Assembly: GCA_045561295.1 (NCBI GenBank)
Contig: JBJKYD010000001.1
Coordinates: 1 to 48,250 of the forward strand
Length of the DNA: 48,250 bases
Direction: 5' to 3'
Origin: Gammaproteobacteria bacterium
GTDB taxonomy: Bacteria > Pseudomonadota > Gammaproteobacteria > GCA-002705445 > GCA-002716945
Shown in pieces: positions 21,617 to 32,815 of the stretch (positions are counted from its first letter, which is position 1; each line of letters starts with the position of its first letter). The position numbers and the translations under genes are program-made. The notes beneath the pieces were generated by a model. It saw only the letters and a list, made by a program, of their open reading frames with translations, made no database searches and had not been told where the DNA came from.

Positions 21617-22942
21617 TTATTTTGAATTAGAACCCATATCAAATGGGTTCTTTTCTTTTTTAAAAATTAATCTTATAGGAACACCTGAAAGTCCCAACTG
21701 ATCTGAAAAAAAATTTACTAAATATTTCCGATATGAATCTGGAATCTTATCAGTTTGATTTCCATGTATTGAAATCGATAAATCAGAACTTTTATTTTGT
21801 TTTGCAAATTTAAGTTTTATTAATCTGTTACGATTATTTTTTACTGGATGTTTATTACACGCGTCGTTTAATATTTTTGTCAGCTTTGATGGTCTATATT
21901 CTTTATGTAAGTTAGAAACCAATCCTTTGATTGTAAAAAGAAGTTTTCTTATATTTCTATTTTCAAGTGCTGATAAATAGATAATCTTTGTTCCAAATAA
22001 AATATTAGAAAAATAATCAATACTACTTCTAAGTTTTTTCATATCATTTTTATTTATTAAATCAACTTTATTTATTACAAGAATAAATGGTTTGTTGTTT
22101 TCTTTAATTATATTAAATATATTTTTATCTTGTTTTGATACAAGTTCAGTACCTGATATGACTAGTATGCATACATTTGCATCGTTAATGCATTTTAATG
22201 ACATATTTATAGAATATTTATTGATAATATCTTTAGTAGAGGATTTTTTCATAATACCAGCAGTATCATAAATCAAGTAGTTTTGATCTTTAAATGTAAA
22301 AGGTATTTCAAGTGAATCTATGGTTGTACCTGGAGTATCAGATATTATGGATCTACTTTCATTTAAAATGCTATTAATCAAAGTTGATTTTCCTACATTC
22401 GGTTTTCCTATGAATGCAATTCGATTGGTTTTTATTTCAGAATAAATTCCTGAATTAGTTAAAGAAAAAGTTTTTTTTATTAAATCAAGCAGCCCTTTGT
22501 TTGTTTTGGCTGAGACTTCAAAAGAATTATTAATTCCTAATTCTGAAAACTCATACTTTTTGAGGATAGATTTCTGTTTATCAGATTTATTAATTACCAA
22601 AATAATCTCTTTATTAAGTTTTCTCAATATTGAACATATTTCTTTATCGCTAGATGTAACGCCATCTTCTAACGAGGTAACAAATAGTACGACTGATGAT
22701 TTATCTATTGCTTGTAGTGTTTTTTCATAGGCTAGTTTGGTGAACTGTTCATCTTGTGATGTTATACCTGCTGTATCATATAAATGTAGATATTTATCTT
22801 CATACAAAAGTTTGCCTTGATTGACATCTCTTGTAACGCCATGTTTATTTAGAACTATCGAGTTTTTATACTGAACTAACTTATTAAATAATAGAGATTT
22901 TCCTACATTAGTTCTGCCAACAAGGGCGATTGAATCAGTCAT
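21617..22942 (-). CDS. der: Ribosome biogenesis GTPase Der
   Basis: Two G domains (GRTNVGKS, GKPNVGKST), KH-like tail SYRKYL.N...G.PIRL. Confidence 0.97.
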   Translation of the reverse strand: MTDSIALVGRTNVGKSLLFNKLVQYKNSIVLNKHGVTRDVNQGKLLYEDKYLHLYDTAGITSQDEQFTKLAYEKTLQAIDKSSVVLFVTSLEDGVTSSDKEICSILRKLNKEIILVINKSDKQKSILKKYEFSELGINNSFEVSAKTNKGLLDLIKKTFSLTNSGIYSEIKTNRIAFIGKPNVGKSTLINSILNESRSIISDTPGTTIDSLEIPFTFKDQNYLIYDTAGIMKKSSTKDIINKYSINMSLKCINDANVCILVISGTELVSKQDKNIFNIIKENNKPFILVINKVDLINKNDMKKLRSSIDYFSNILFGTKIIYLSALENRNIRKLLFTIKGLVSNLHKEYRPSKLTKILNDACNKHPVKNNRNRLIKLKFAKQNKSSDLSISIHGNQTDKIPDSYRKYLVNFFSDQLGLSGVPIRLIFKKEKNPFDMGSNSK

Positions 22943-22946
22943 GGAG

Positions 22947-24206
22947 TTATAGATTAATTATAAAATGAACTATATCACCATCTATGGTTTGAAAATATAG
23001 TTTATTTCCATCTTGTATAAATTGTGTCTGAGAGTGTATGTCTAAGTCAAATGCTTTTTCATAAATAAGGTAACCATCCTCATTAAATGCTACTAATGTT
23101 CCTTTGGTAGTAAAAGCCATAACCACATCACTAATAATGAATGGCTGTGTAAGTTGAACACTTGAGGTCTTACTTTTCCAGTTTACAAAGCCTGATGCTT
23201 GATCAATAGAAACAATCATATTATCTGATGTAGACCCGTAGATTGAATTATTATTTATAGTAATATTATTGATAAATGAAAATGGACTAGTCCATATAAT
23301 GTTCCCAGTATTAATATCAAGAGCATTGAGTTCACCCTGGAAATGCCCATAATATAATTTATCATTGTCGATAAGAATCTCCATTTCTGCATCTCTTTGT
23401 GACTCTAGATCATTTCTTCCAGATCTTGAGGAGATTATTGTAAACCAGTTCAGTGTTCCATCGATAGCACTATAAGAAGAAACAGAACCATTGTCTCTAG
23501 CAACGAAGACAGTATTATCAAGATATAATGGTGCAGAGGAACCTTTCGTTCTCAAAGGAATATTTTGACTTTCAGACTTCCAAATGACTTCTGCATTATC
23601 TGGATTTATTAAATATAAATCATCATTATCAAGTTTAAGTAAAAATAAGTTATTAATACCTACAACTGGGGCTGCTAGTTCGGTGATCAAATCCACTTCA
23701 GTATCCACTGGATATTCAGAGAATTTTGTCAGATTGGACAATGAGGTAATTATAGGTGTGTGTTTATTCGAAGCGAGTTGATTAATATTATGACATATTA
23801 ATTTAGCTCTCGCTGTGCCAAGACATATCGAATCATTTAGCACACTTAAGCCAGAACTAATCTCTCTATTTGTAGGTATAGCCCAGTTTACATTACCGTT
23901 CGTCAAATCTATCGCAGATAATAGTCCATCAGTGTCAACAGTGTAAATAGTATTATTATTTTTTACTGGATACAGATATCCACTATTGCCCTCTAATCCA
24001 GAATTTATAGATTTCGACCATACCATATTCGCTGAGATATCGACCTTGACTATAACTTCATTATCATCAACCTGCGCGGATGGTGATTGATTTGCATCAA
24101 TCTTAGCTTGTTTGTGGATACCTTTATCAAGATGCCATGTTAATAAATTAGAACATGATGTAATAAACAAAAGAAATACAATAATAAAGGGCTTAGGAGT
24201 AATCAT
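22947..24206 (-). CDS. bamB: Outer membrane assembly lipoprotein BamB
   Basis: Lipobox-like ITSC, PQQ-type propeller repeats; yfgM-bamB-der synteny. Confidence 0.88.
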   Translation of the reverse strand: MITPKPFIIVFLLFITSCSNLLTWHLDKGIHKQAKIDANQSPSAQVDDNEVIVKVDISANMVWSKSINSGLEGNSGYLYPVKNNNTIYTVDTDGLLSAIDLTNGNVNWAIPTNREISSGLSVLNDSICLGTARAKLICHNINQLASNKHTPIITSLSNLTKFSEYPVDTEVDLITELAAPVVGINNLFLLKLDNDDLYLINPDNAEVIWKSESQNIPLRTKGSSAPLYLDNTVFVARDNGSVSSYSAIDGTLNWFTIISSRSGRNDLESQRDAEMEILIDNDKLYYGHFQGELNALDINTGNIIWTSPFSFINNITINNNSIYGSTSDNMIVSIDQASGFVNWKSKTSSVQLTQPFIISDVVMAFTTKGTLVAFNEDGYLIYEKAFDLDIHSQTQFIQDGNKLYFQTIDGDIVHFIINL

Positions 24207-24796
24207 CTGATTAAATTTATTTTAGCAATAATATTTTTTCTTTCATTCGGTGTGATGCTATAAGTAAGAACATCATTATAATGATTGATTGCTTTGATGT
24301 ATTGATTTTGAATTAAATATAGATCTCCTTTTAATTCAATATGTTGATAATTATCTGGCTCCTCTCCTATTAATAAGTGAGCCTCCTCATATCTTTCCTC
24401 TTCAATAAGTAATTTAGCTTTTCTGTATTTAGCCAGGCTTTTTATTTCTTTATCCGATGAATATTTTATGATGTGCTCTAAAAATACATATGCCTCCTCA
24501 AAATTATTTTGCTTATACATTTCCTTTGCAGAATACAAGCTTGCTAAGCTTGTATATATATTTTCAGGATTTTGAGAAATATTATTTCTAGAAAATTTTA
24601 AAACTTCATTTATCTTTCCACTATTATATTCGTTTATTGCGAGATCATACTCACGAGATAAATTCAACTGTTTGGTATTTTCATTTGATATGTAGGCTTT
24701 GTAACCATAAAGAATGCTTAATCCTATAATTACACCTACAATCAAACCTTTATAGTTTTCTTCTAGCCAACTTACAACCTTTTCTTCATCACTCAT
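24203..24796 (-). CDS. yfgM: YfgM family TPR membrane protein
   Basis: W.EEN + TM, ELKGDL..., hisS-yfgM-bamB synteny. Confidence 0.88.
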   Translation of the reverse strand: MSDEEKVVSWLEENYKGLIVGVIIGLSILYGYKAYISNENTKQLNLSREYDLAINEYNSGKINEVLKFSRNNISQNPENIYTSLASLYSAKEMYKQNNFEEAYVFLEHIIKYSSDKEIKSLAKYRKAKLLIEEERYEEAHLLIGEEPDNYQHIELKGDLYLIQNQYIKAINHYNDVLTYSITPNERKNIIAKINLIR

Positions 24797-26059
24797 TTCT
24801 TATACCCTGTTATTAAATCAATTAGCTGCTCAAATGGGATATTTTGGTCTTTCCTGTCACATTTCAAGTGTTTTACAGTAAACGTATTATTACTTATTTC
24901 ATCATTACCTACAATTATTAAAATATCGCAGTTAGACTTATCTGCTTGCTTTATTTGCTTGGATAATGACTTATCATTATCCATTTGAATAAGGTTATAT
25001 GTGTAGTCAATATTTCTTAAAGAGTTTAAAATTTCATAACTTTCATCATTTGAGTTAGTAATGACAGCTAGCCCAATAATTAATGCATTTGATTCATACT
25101 CCATGAGTTCTACAATTCGATCTAAGCCCATTGCAAAACCAACTGATGGGACAATCTTATCACCAATAGTTTTCGACAGATTGTCGTATCTTCCACCGGC
25201 ACATACGGCATCTTGGGAACCTAGTTTATTACTTTTCCATTCAAATACAAGATCATTATAATAATCAAGTCCTCGCACTAATTTAGGATCATGGATGTAA
25301 GGAATTTTTAATCTCTCGAGTCTTTCCTTAATGCTATCAAAATTAGCTTGTGATTCTTTATTTAGAAAATCACTAATAAGCGGGGCAGATATAATAATAG
25401 ATTTTAATTTAGGATCCTTGCTATCAAGTAACCTCATGGGGTTTTTTCCTTAGAGTATTGCGCTGTGTATCAGATAATTCGTCACTATGAGAATTGAGAT
25501 ATGTAGCTAATTCTTGAGAATACTTTTTTCTGTCAACATCAGAGCCAATAGTATTGATAGTTAACTCAATATCTAACAAATCAAGTTTTTCAAAAATCTT
25601 TGTTATTAACAAAAGAATATCTATATCGTCTGTATATGATGCATTACCAAAGAACTCAGCACCAAATTGGGTGAACTGTCTATATCTTCCTTTCTGGGGA
25701 CGCTCATGTCTAAACATTGGCGCTATGTAGTATAACCGTTGTTTTTTTGAACCTCTATCATAGATAAGATTATTTTCTAATGCCAATCTAACACACGATG
25801 CGGTTCCCTCAGGGATCATACATAAAACATCATTATTTCTATCCTCAAAAGAATACATTTCTTTTGTAACTATATCGGATGTTTCACCTATTGATCTTTT
25901 AAATAAATCAATTGACTCAAGAGCAGGTAATCGAATTTGATGAACATTAAATAGCGGTGCGATTCTATGTATTATATTTTCAATATGAAGAAATTTCTTA
26001 CTTTCAGCAGGGAGAATGTCACGAAAGCCTCGTATTTTTTTAGAAATTAGATCATTCAT
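24793..26059 (-). CDS. hisS: Histidyl-tRNA synthetase, one frameshift near 25445
   Basis: RGFRD, KEMY, PEGTA, FRHERPQKGRYRQF in ORF 25424-26059; LVRGLDYY, GGRYD in ORF 24793-25437; removing one A from an A6 run restores RKNPMRLLDSK. Confidence 0.96.
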
Positions 26060-26461
26060 TTAGTCACCAAATATAATAGAGATTTCTAGCTTTGCATTTT
26101 CAATTGAATCAGACCCATGCACTGAATTAAATGATTTATCAAGTGCATAAAGTTTTCTTATAGTGTTATCGTCAGCTTTAGTTGGATCTGTTGCTCCAAT
26201 TAGTTGTCGATAGCTTGCAACAGCATTTTCTTTTTCTAGAACTAACGCAATAATATTTCCAGAAGTCATATATTTTATTAATTTTTCATAAAATGACTTT
26301 CCTTCATGAACAGAATAAAATGTTTTGGCAAGTTGTTCTGACATTTGAGTCAACTTCATTTGTCTTATTTTAAAGTTATCATTTTCTATCATTACTAATA
26401 TTTTCCCAATTATATTTCTTTCAACAGCATCAGGTTTTATTAGTGCCAAGGTCTGTTCCAT
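26060..26461 (-). CDS. ndk: Nucleoside diphosphate kinase
   Basis: TLALIKPDAV, GATDP, NSVHGSDS. Confidence 0.98.
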   Translation of the reverse strand: MEQTLALIKPDAVERNIIGKILVMIENDNFKIRQMKLTQMSEQLAKTFYSVHEGKSFYEKLIKYMTSGNIIALVLEKENAVASYRQLIGATDPTKADDNTIRKLYALDKSFNSVHGSDSIENAKLEISIIFGD

Positions 26462-26661
26462 TATTGTGATTCCTCTATCCAGTTCATTTGAATTGCTTCA
26501 AGTATTTTCTCATTTGAATTATCAGGATTGTCTTCAAAGTCCTCTAATTCAACAACCCACTTATGGAGATCAGTAAACCGAATGTACTTTGGATCTATAT
26601 CTGGGTATTTTTCAATTAAATCAATTGAAATATCAAGGCTATCAGTCCATTTAAGTGGCAT
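26461..26661 (-). CDS. iscX: Fe-S assembly protein IscX
   Basis: LKWTDS..I...L...P..DP..IRFTDLH.WV...SNEKILEAIQ..W. Confidence 0.97.
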   Translation of the reverse strand: MPLKWTDSLDISIDLIEKYPDIDPKYIRFTDLHKWVVELEDFEDNPDNSNEKILEAIQMNWIEESQ

Positions 26662-27005
26662 TAGTGATTCTCCGAAGCATGATTAATTGTATATTTTGGT
26701 ATCTCTATAACCAAATCATCATCTGCAATCTTGGCTTGACAACTTAATCGTGACTCCGGTCTTAATCCCCATGCTTTGTCAAGGTAATCATCTTCATCAT
26801 CAGTTGGTGATTCTAAAGTATCATAACCGCTACTAATATAAACATGACATGTTGTACAAGCACATGACATTTCACATGCATGTTCAATTTTTATTCCATT
26901 ATCCAAAGCAATTTTGCAAATGGAATCACCCTTTTTAGCATCAACTGTAATTCCTTCAGGACAGAGTTCAGAGTTTGGTAGAAATGTTAATTTTGGCATA
27001 ATCAC
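26661..27005 (-). CDS. fdx: ISC [2Fe-2S] ferredoxin
   Basis: [29 protein letters not shown]. Confidence 0.98.
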   Translation of the reverse strand: MIMPKLTFLPNSELCPEGITVDAKKGDSICKIALDNGIKIEHACEMSCACTTCHVYISSGYDTLESPTDDEDDYLDKAWGLRPESRLSCQAKIADDDLVIEIPKYTINHASENH

Positions 27006-28801
27006 ACTATATCATTAATATCTTTGCCTGTAATTAATGACTTGATGCTATTATTCATTCTTCGTTCTACATAAAATTCGCAAGTATTTTCAAGATTTTT
27101 ATTTGCGTCTTTAATAGCATTTAGATGATTTGTTTTGATGGTATTCTTTAACTTTGTAACGGCATCATTGATCAATTTAATTTCAGTTTTATTTAATAAT
27201 TCATCGCTGTCTGTCTTCAAGGCCTCCTCTATTGCATAAATTGCTCTTTCAGATTCAACAATATGCTCTTTTAGAGCTCTAAAGTCTTTATCAGTCTCAG
27301 CTTTTTTATTAGATGAAGTGATCATTTCTTGAATTTTCTCAGGAGTTAAACCATGTGAAGGCTTAATTACTATTGATGCTTCCTTATTGATGGTTTGTTC
27401 TTTTGCACTAACAGTTAATAGGCCGTCAGCATCAACTTGAAACCTAACAAGTATTCTTGCAGCACCAGCAACAAGAGGTGGAATATCAGATAAAACAAAT
27501 TCACCTAAAGATATACATTTCGATATATCCTCTCTCTCGCCTTGGACTATTTTAATCATCATTTTAGTTTGTCCATCTTTAAATGTAGTAAATGTTTTTT
27601 CTGATGATGTAGGAATTGGAGTATTTCTAGTAATAACTTTTTCAGAGAGTCCACCATATGTTTCAACGCCAAGTGATAGAGGTAATACGTCTAGTAATAG
27701 TAGATCATCTTTAGTATTTCCTGATAAAATCTCTGCTTGTATAGCAGCACCCTCTGCAACCACAGTATCTGGATTGAGATGATCTAAAATATTGATATTA
27801 TATTTTTTATTAAGCTTTTCTTTAACAAGCTTAAGTCTTGATGATCCTCCAACTAAAATGATATTATTTATTTGATCTATACTTAATGACGATTCATTGA
27901 GCGCCTCAGTTATAATATTTATAGTTTTTTCTATTAGCGGATTAATTATATTATTAAAATCATCGATAGAAACTGAGACATTATGGCTATTTTCTGTAGC
28001 AATATTTTTTTGAGATAACTGATGTTTTAATGATCTTGCTAATTTATACAAATCAATTGTAGATAGGTTTAATAACTTTTCATATCTAGTACATAGATAC
28101 TCAACCAACAATCTATCTATATCATCGCCTCCCAGATGTGTATCGCCTTTAGTAGAGAGAACCTTAAATATCCCTTTATCAATTGTTAGAACTGAGACAT
28201 CAAAAGTGCCACCACCTAAATCATAAATAATAAAATTTCCCTTCTGGTTATCTTGAAAACCATAAGCAATTGCAGCCGCTGTAGGTTCGCTAATTAAGCG
28301 TAATACCTCAATGTCTGCCATCTCTGCAGCTAATTTTGTAGCTTGCCGCTGCATATCATTGAAATATGCTGGTACCGTTATAACAGCAGATTCAACAGAC
28401 TTATCATTATGTGCAATAGAGCATAAATGGGAGAGAATTTTTGATGATAGCTCAATAGCATTATATTTTTTTTCTCCGAGTTTTACTGTTGGCATATCTA
28501 GGCTTGAATCAATTAATAATTCGCCAAAGTCAATTTTTAATGCTTCATCTGAATTCAAGCCTATAAGTCTTTTTATGGATGATATTGAATTGTTGTGATG
28601 TTTTTTACCAATAACTAAGTTTCCCTCAACTTCTGAAACTATAGACGGAATTAAAGATGAGCCATTATCCTCAAAGATTGTAATCTTATTGTTTACTCTC
28701 TCTGCTATCAATGAATGGGTAGTTCCAAGGTCAATACCAACAGAAAATTTCCTTTTTATCTCCGTTTTAATTTCTGGATCAGATATCTGTATTAAAGCCA
28801 T
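27002..28801 (-). CDS. hscA: Fe-S chaperone HscA
   Basis: [43 protein letters not shown]. Confidence 0.97.
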   Translation of the reverse strand: MALIQISDPEIKTEIKRKFSVGIDLGTTHSLIAERVNNKITIFEDNGSSLIPSIVSEVEGNLVIGKKHHNNSISSIKRLIGLNSDEALKIDFGELLIDSSLDMPTVKLGEKKYNAIELSSKILSHLCSIAHNDKSVESAVITVPAYFNDMQRQATKLAAEMADIEVLRLISEPTAAAIAYGFQDNQKGNFIIYDLGGGTFDVSVLTIDKGIFKVLSTKGDTHLGGDDIDRLLVEYLCTRYEKLLNLSTIDLYKLARSLKHQLSQKNIATENSHNVSVSIDDFNNIINPLIEKTINIITEALNESSLSIDQINNIILVGGSSRLKLVKEKLNKKYNINILDHLNPDTVVAEGAAIQAEILSGNTKDDLLLLDVLPLSLGVETYGGLSEKVITRNTPIPTSSEKTFTTFKDGQTKMMIKIVQGEREDISKCISLGEFVLSDIPPLVAGAARILVRFQVDADGLLTVSAKEQTINKEASIVIKPSHGLTPEKIQEMITSSNKKAETDKDFRALKEHIVESERAIYAIEEALKTDSDELLNKTEIKLINDAVTKLKNTIKTNHLNAIKDANKNLENTCEFYVERRMNNSIKSLITGKDINDIV

Positions 28802-28802
28802 A

Positions 28803-29294
28803 TTACATACTGAGTTGATTGATGTTCTTTTTGTAAAATTTTATCATTGAATTATTTTGGTGAAGTATATCAAATTCTTTATTAAAAAGATTATTTTTCA
28901 TCTCTATAATTAGTAAAGATATTTTATTTTTAATATCCATTCTAATAGCGTCATATTTAGATTTTTCACTATCTTTGATTATCTCCGTAAGCTCCATTTG
29001 TTCTACTAAAAATCTACTGTTTTTAAAGGTTTTATTTTCGTCGATAGTAAAGTTATTAATTTTTAAAATATAATCTACTCTTGATACAAGATCTTTAAGT
29101 GTTTTATAACCATCATTGATATGCGTTGATATTCTAACTGCCATAGATTTTTCAATTGAAGATGCGTTGATAAACTTATCAGGATGGAATTTTGACTGTA
29201 GTTTTAGATATTTCGAGTCTAGATCATTTAAATCTATAGAGATGTTAATTTCTACATCAAATATTTCGAAATAAGTAAGGTTTAGTGGTGACAT
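28803..29294 (-). CDS. hscB: Co-chaperone HscB
   Basis: J-domain [11 protein letters not shown]; start set at ATG 29294 (TAATG overlap with iscA). Confidence 0.94.
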   Translation of the reverse strand: MSPLNLTYFEIFDVEINISIDLNDLDSKYLKLQSKFHPDKFINASSIEKSMAVRISTHINDGYKTLKDLVSRVDYILKINNFTIDENKTFKNSRFLVEQMELTEIIKDSEKSKYDAIRMDIKNKISLLIIEMKNNLFNKEFDILHQNNSMIKFYKKNINQLSM

Positions 29295-29614
29295 TACACA
29301 TTGAAGCTTTCGCCGCAACCACAGGTATCTTTTACATTTGGATTCTTAAACTTAAATCCTTCATTGATACCCTCTTTTGCAAAATCTACTTCAGTGCCTT
29401 TTAAATAAACATAGCTTTTTGGATTTACTATTAACTTAATTCCTTTATCTAAAAATACATTATCATCCTCATTTTCACTATCAGCGAACTCTATAACATA
29501 TGCTAATCCTGAGCATCCAGTAGTTTTCACACCAAGTCTTATGCCTACGCCTTTACCTCGATGGCTTAATTGTCCCTTAATATGATCTGCGGCTTTTTCA
29601 GTTATACTAATCAT
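29294..29614 (-). CDS. iscA: A-type Fe-S carrier IscA
   Basis: GCSGLAY, CGCGESF. Confidence 0.97.
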   Translation of the reverse strand: MISITEKAADHIKGQLSHRGKGVGIRLGVKTTGCSGLAYVIEFADSENEDDNVFLDKGIKLIVNPKSYVYLKGTEVDFAKEGINEGFKFKNPNVKDTCGCGESFNV

Positions 29615-29617
29615 GAA

Positions 29618-30865
29618 TTAATGTGTATTCCATTTGATAGATTTAATATCCACGCCATCTTTATACATATCCCATAATGGTGATAAATCTCTAAGCTTGG
29701 CTACAGATTTTTTTAACAACTCCACTGCATAGTCGACTTCTTCTTCAGTTGTATATCTTCCGATAGTAATTCTAATTGAACTATGAGCCAGTTCATCATC
29801 TCTTCCAAGTGCACGAAGAACATAACTAGGCTCTAGACTGGCAGAGGTACATGCTGAACCTGATGATACAGCGATATCTTTAATTGCCATGATTAAGCTT
29901 TCACCCTCAACATAATTGAAACTAACATTAAGATTTCCAGGGATTCTGCTGTCTAAATCACCATTTAGATATATTTCTTCAACATCTTTAAGTTGAGCCC
30001 AAAATTTATCTCTGAGTTTTCTTATACGTATGTTGTCAACTTCCATTTCTTCATTTGCAATTCTGAAAGCTTCTCCCATTCCTACTATTTGATGAGTTGG
30101 TAGAGTACCAGATCTAAAACCTCTTTCATGGCCTCCTCCATGCATTTGAGCTTCTAACCTGACTCTAGGCTTTCTTCTAATGAATAAAGCTCCTATACCT
30201 TTTGGCCCATAGACTTTATGAGCAGATAATGACATTAAATCAATATTAAATTTATTTACATCAATATCGACTTTCCCTGGGCTTTGAGCAGCATCAACAT
30301 GAAATAATGTTTTATGTTTTTTACATAATTTACCAATACTCTCCAAATCTTGTATAACGCCTATTTCATTATTTACATGCATTATAGATACAAGAAGGGT
30401 TCTCTCTGTTATGGCATCTTCAAGTTTTTTAAGATCTACTAATCCATTTGGCTCAGGATCAAGGTATGTTACATTGTATCCTTCAAGCTCTAACTGTCTC
30501 ATAGTATCTAAAACTGCTTTATGTTCAGTTGTCAGTGTAATTAGATGATCACCTTTAGATTTATAAAAATGTGCAGCACCTTTGATTGCAAGATTGTTAG
30601 ATTCGGTTGCACCACTAGTCCAAACAATTTCTTTGCTATCGCATTTAAGAAGATTAGCAACATTTGCTCGTGCTGTTTTAATAAGATGGTCGCTATCCCA
30701 ACCAAAAGAGTGTGACCTTGAAGCTGGATTTCCAAAAGCTCCATCTAGTGTTAGACACTCTGACATTTTATCAGCAACACGTTTATCCACAGGTGTTGTT
30801 GATGAGTAATCCAAATATATTGGAATACTTAAAGTAGAATTTATTTTTTTAGTGTTAGCTGACAT
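29618..30865 (-). CDS. iscS: Cysteine desulfurase IscS
   Basis: [44 protein letters not shown]; start probably ATG 30865. Confidence 0.99.
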   Translation of the reverse strand: MSANTKKINSTLSIPIYLDYSSTTPVDKRVADKMSECLTLDGAFGNPASRSHSFGWDSDHLIKTARANVANLLKCDSKEIVWTSGATESNNLAIKGAAHFYKSKGDHLITLTTEHKAVLDTMRQLELEGYNVTYLDPEPNGLVDLKKLEDAITERTLLVSIMHVNNEIGVIQDLESIGKLCKKHKTLFHVDAAQSPGKVDIDVNKFNIDLMSLSAHKVYGPKGIGALFIRRKPRVRLEAQMHGGGHERGFRSGTLPTHQIVGMGEAFRIANEEMEVDNIRIRKLRDKFWAQLKDVEEIYLNGDLDSRIPGNLNVSFNYVEGESLIMAIKDIAVSSGSACTSASLEPSYVLRALGRDDELAHSSIRITIGRYTTEEEVDYAVELLKKSVAKLRDLSPLWDMYKDGVDIKSIKWNTH

Positions 30866-31301
30866 GAGTCTTGCTCTCCCTTGCATCATGCAAATTATGT
30901 ATAACTTGATTTGTAATTACATCTTCAATAGTTATGCTTTTCATATAGTCCTTTATAATTTTATTAAGTCCGGTCCAAACATGATGCGTCGTGCATGGTT
31001 TATCTTTTAAGCAATTCATGCTTCCTGCGCATTGGGTTTGATCAATATTTTCATCTACAGCTGTAATAATTTGAAACAATGAAATATCACTGCTTTTTCT
31101 ATTCAAAGTGTATCCTCCACCAGGCCCTCTTCTACTTATTACAACTTTTTTGTTTTTCAATTTACAAAAAAGCTGTTCTAAATAAGAAAGGGATATTCCC
31201 TGTCTAACAGAGATGTCCTTGAGAGAAACTGCGCCATTTTGATTTTGCGCAAGGTCAATTATAGCTGTAATAGCATATCTTGATTTAGTACTTAATTTCA
31301 T
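30855..31301 (-). CDS. iscR: Fe-S cluster regulator IscR
   Basis: Rrf2 [16 protein letters not shown]; C-x5-C-x5-C-x2-H ligands ([16 protein letters not shown]). Confidence 0.96.
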   Translation of the reverse strand: MKLSTKSRYAITAIIDLAQNQNGAVSLKDISVRQGISLSYLEQLFCKLKNKKVVISRRGPGGGYTLNRKSSDISLFQIITAVDENIDQTQCAGSMNCLKDKPCTTHHVWTGLNKIIKDYMKSITIEDVITNQVIHNLHDARESKTHVS

Positions 31302-31307
31302 GACTGA

Positions 31308-31340
31308 ATTATCGTATACCTGACTTATCTAGTCAACAAT
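31308..31340 (-). promoter_or_regulatory. IscR type-1 box overlapping the sigma70 promoter of the isc operon
   Basis: Minus strand ATTGTTGACTAGATAAGTCAGGTAT (31340-31316) matches the type-1 consensus ATASYYGACTRWWWYAGTCRRSTAT (recalled) at 22/25; TTGACT-17 nt-GATAAT. Confidence 0.85.
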
Positions 31341-32050
31341 TATTTTTTTAAGGCTTTTCCTATTTTAGTAAGAATACCTAGGTATAAATTGACTTCATTT
31401 TCAGTAAAATTTGTTTTATTAAAAATAATATGAATATTTTGAACGAGTGATTTTTTATTCTTTTCTGTAATGATATCTAAGTCAGACATTATTGATAAAA
31501 ATTTTTCTATCAAGACAAGTTTACTGGAATGACTTGCTAAATCTTGAAGTTTTTTGGGGATTGGTTTAGCGTCACATGATTTAAAGTACTCATAAGAAAA
31601 TATTTGAACTGAAGATGCTAAATTTAGAGAGGTATAAGCACTGTCTGTAGGAATAGATACAAGATAATTGCACAATTGTAGTTCTTCATTAGATAAACCT
31701 GATTGCTCATTTCCAAAAACAATAGAAACATTTTCTTTATCATACTCATTCAATAGTTCCATCAATTCATTCATTGAAAGTGATGGTATATTTGATTTTC
31801 TAGATCTTGCTGAGAAGCCGATTGCTAATTTTGAGGAACTTAAAGCGTCTTTTAATACTTTAGTAATATTAGCATTATTTAAAATGTCAACACATCCAAC
31901 AGCTTGTGCTTTAGCAATGTCTGATGGAAAGTTTTTTGGTTGCACGAGAGTGAGATTCTTTAAACCCATAGTTTTCATAGCCCTTGCTGTAGAGCCAATA
32001 TTTCCTGGGTGACTGGTCTTAACTAAAACAATATTAATATTACTAGACAT
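31340..32050 (-). CDS. trmJ: tRNA (C32/U32-2'-O)-methyltransferase TrmJ
   Basis: HPGNIGSTARAMKTMG, FGNEQSGLSNEEL, SLNLA; start probably ATG 32050 (MSSNINIVLV). Confidence 0.95.
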   Translation of the reverse strand: MSSNINIVLVKTSHPGNIGSTARAMKTMGLKNLTLVQPKNFPSDIAKAQAVGCVDILNNANITKVLKDALSSSKLAIGFSARSRKSNIPSLSMNELMELLNEYDKENVSIVFGNEQSGLSNEELQLCNYLVSIPTDSAYTSLNLASSVQIFSYEYFKSCDAKPIPKKLQDLASHSSKLVLIEKFLSIMSDLDIITEKNKKSLVQNIHIIFNKTNFTENEVNLYLGILTKIGKALKK

Positions 32051-32083
32051 AATGTAATATACACTATCTAACAAAATTATATT

Positions 32084-32815
32084 ATGCAACCAAGACTGAA
32101 TATAGCAAAATCTGCAGGCGAACTTATTGAAGAGGAAGTCAGAAGATTCTTTATTAATAAAAGTACTGATGCACTAAAAAATATGCCTGTAAGAGAAATA
32201 CTGACGAGTAAAGCTGTAGAACATATTAATACATATTATAAGTTTGGTGAAAATGATTTTATTACTTTTACTTATATAGAGGATGAGAAGCGACTTCGTT
32301 TAGAAGATCCAAATATTGTCTACAACGCATCAAAACATAATGAGGATTCGTATGTATGGGCAATTAACTTTATACATGATTATGATAACTTTTGTAGGAA
32401 ATTGCCTTTTTGGACTTTATCATTATCAATTATTCACAAAAAAAATGTTATATCTTCATTTTTGTTAAACCCATTTCTAGATATATTACTATTTAGTGAG
32501 AAAGGTTCTGGTTCTGTAAATAATCAGAGGAAGATTAGATCAAATAGTAGTGCAGAAAGACTTATTTATGGAACTTCTAAAGATATAATTATTCCTGAAT
32601 ATTTTAATACTATGGAAAAAATATCTCTTAATTCTGTATCTGTTGAATTAATTTACCTTTCAAGAGGTCTAATTGACTTTTATTTATTAAGTATGGATGA
32701 ATACAATCACAATCAAGATTGTATACTTATTGCGAAAGAAGCTGGAATTATCATAGAAACATCTGGTGATTATTTGATACTGGCTAATGAAAATAATATG
32801 AAAAAGCTAAATTAA
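32084..32815 (+). CDS. suhB: SuhB/inositol monophosphatase family protein, catalytic motifs degenerate
   Basis: MQPRLNIA..A N-terminus, W.I......NF...P....S, EKGSG..N..KIR, G.ID, LIAKEAG; divergent from trmJ as suhB normally is. Confidence 0.8.
   Translation: MQPRLNIAKSAGELIEEEVRRFFINKSTDALKNMPVREILTSKAVEHINTYYKFGENDFITFTYIEDEKRLRLEDPNIVYNASKHNEDSYVWAINFIHDYDNFCRKLPFWTLSLSIIHKKNVISSFLLNPFLDILLFSEKGSGSVNNQRKIRSNSSAERLIYGTSKDIIIPEYFNTMEKISLNSVSVELIYLSRGLIDFYLLSMDEYNHNQDCILIAKEAGIIIETSGDYLILANENNMKKLN

Noticed and set aside
25424-25450. Programmed frameshift or split hisS at GGAAAAAACCCC
   Set aside because: One extra A in a homopolymer of an essential gene; similar single indels occur in rpsA and hisC, so sequencing error is the simpler explanation.
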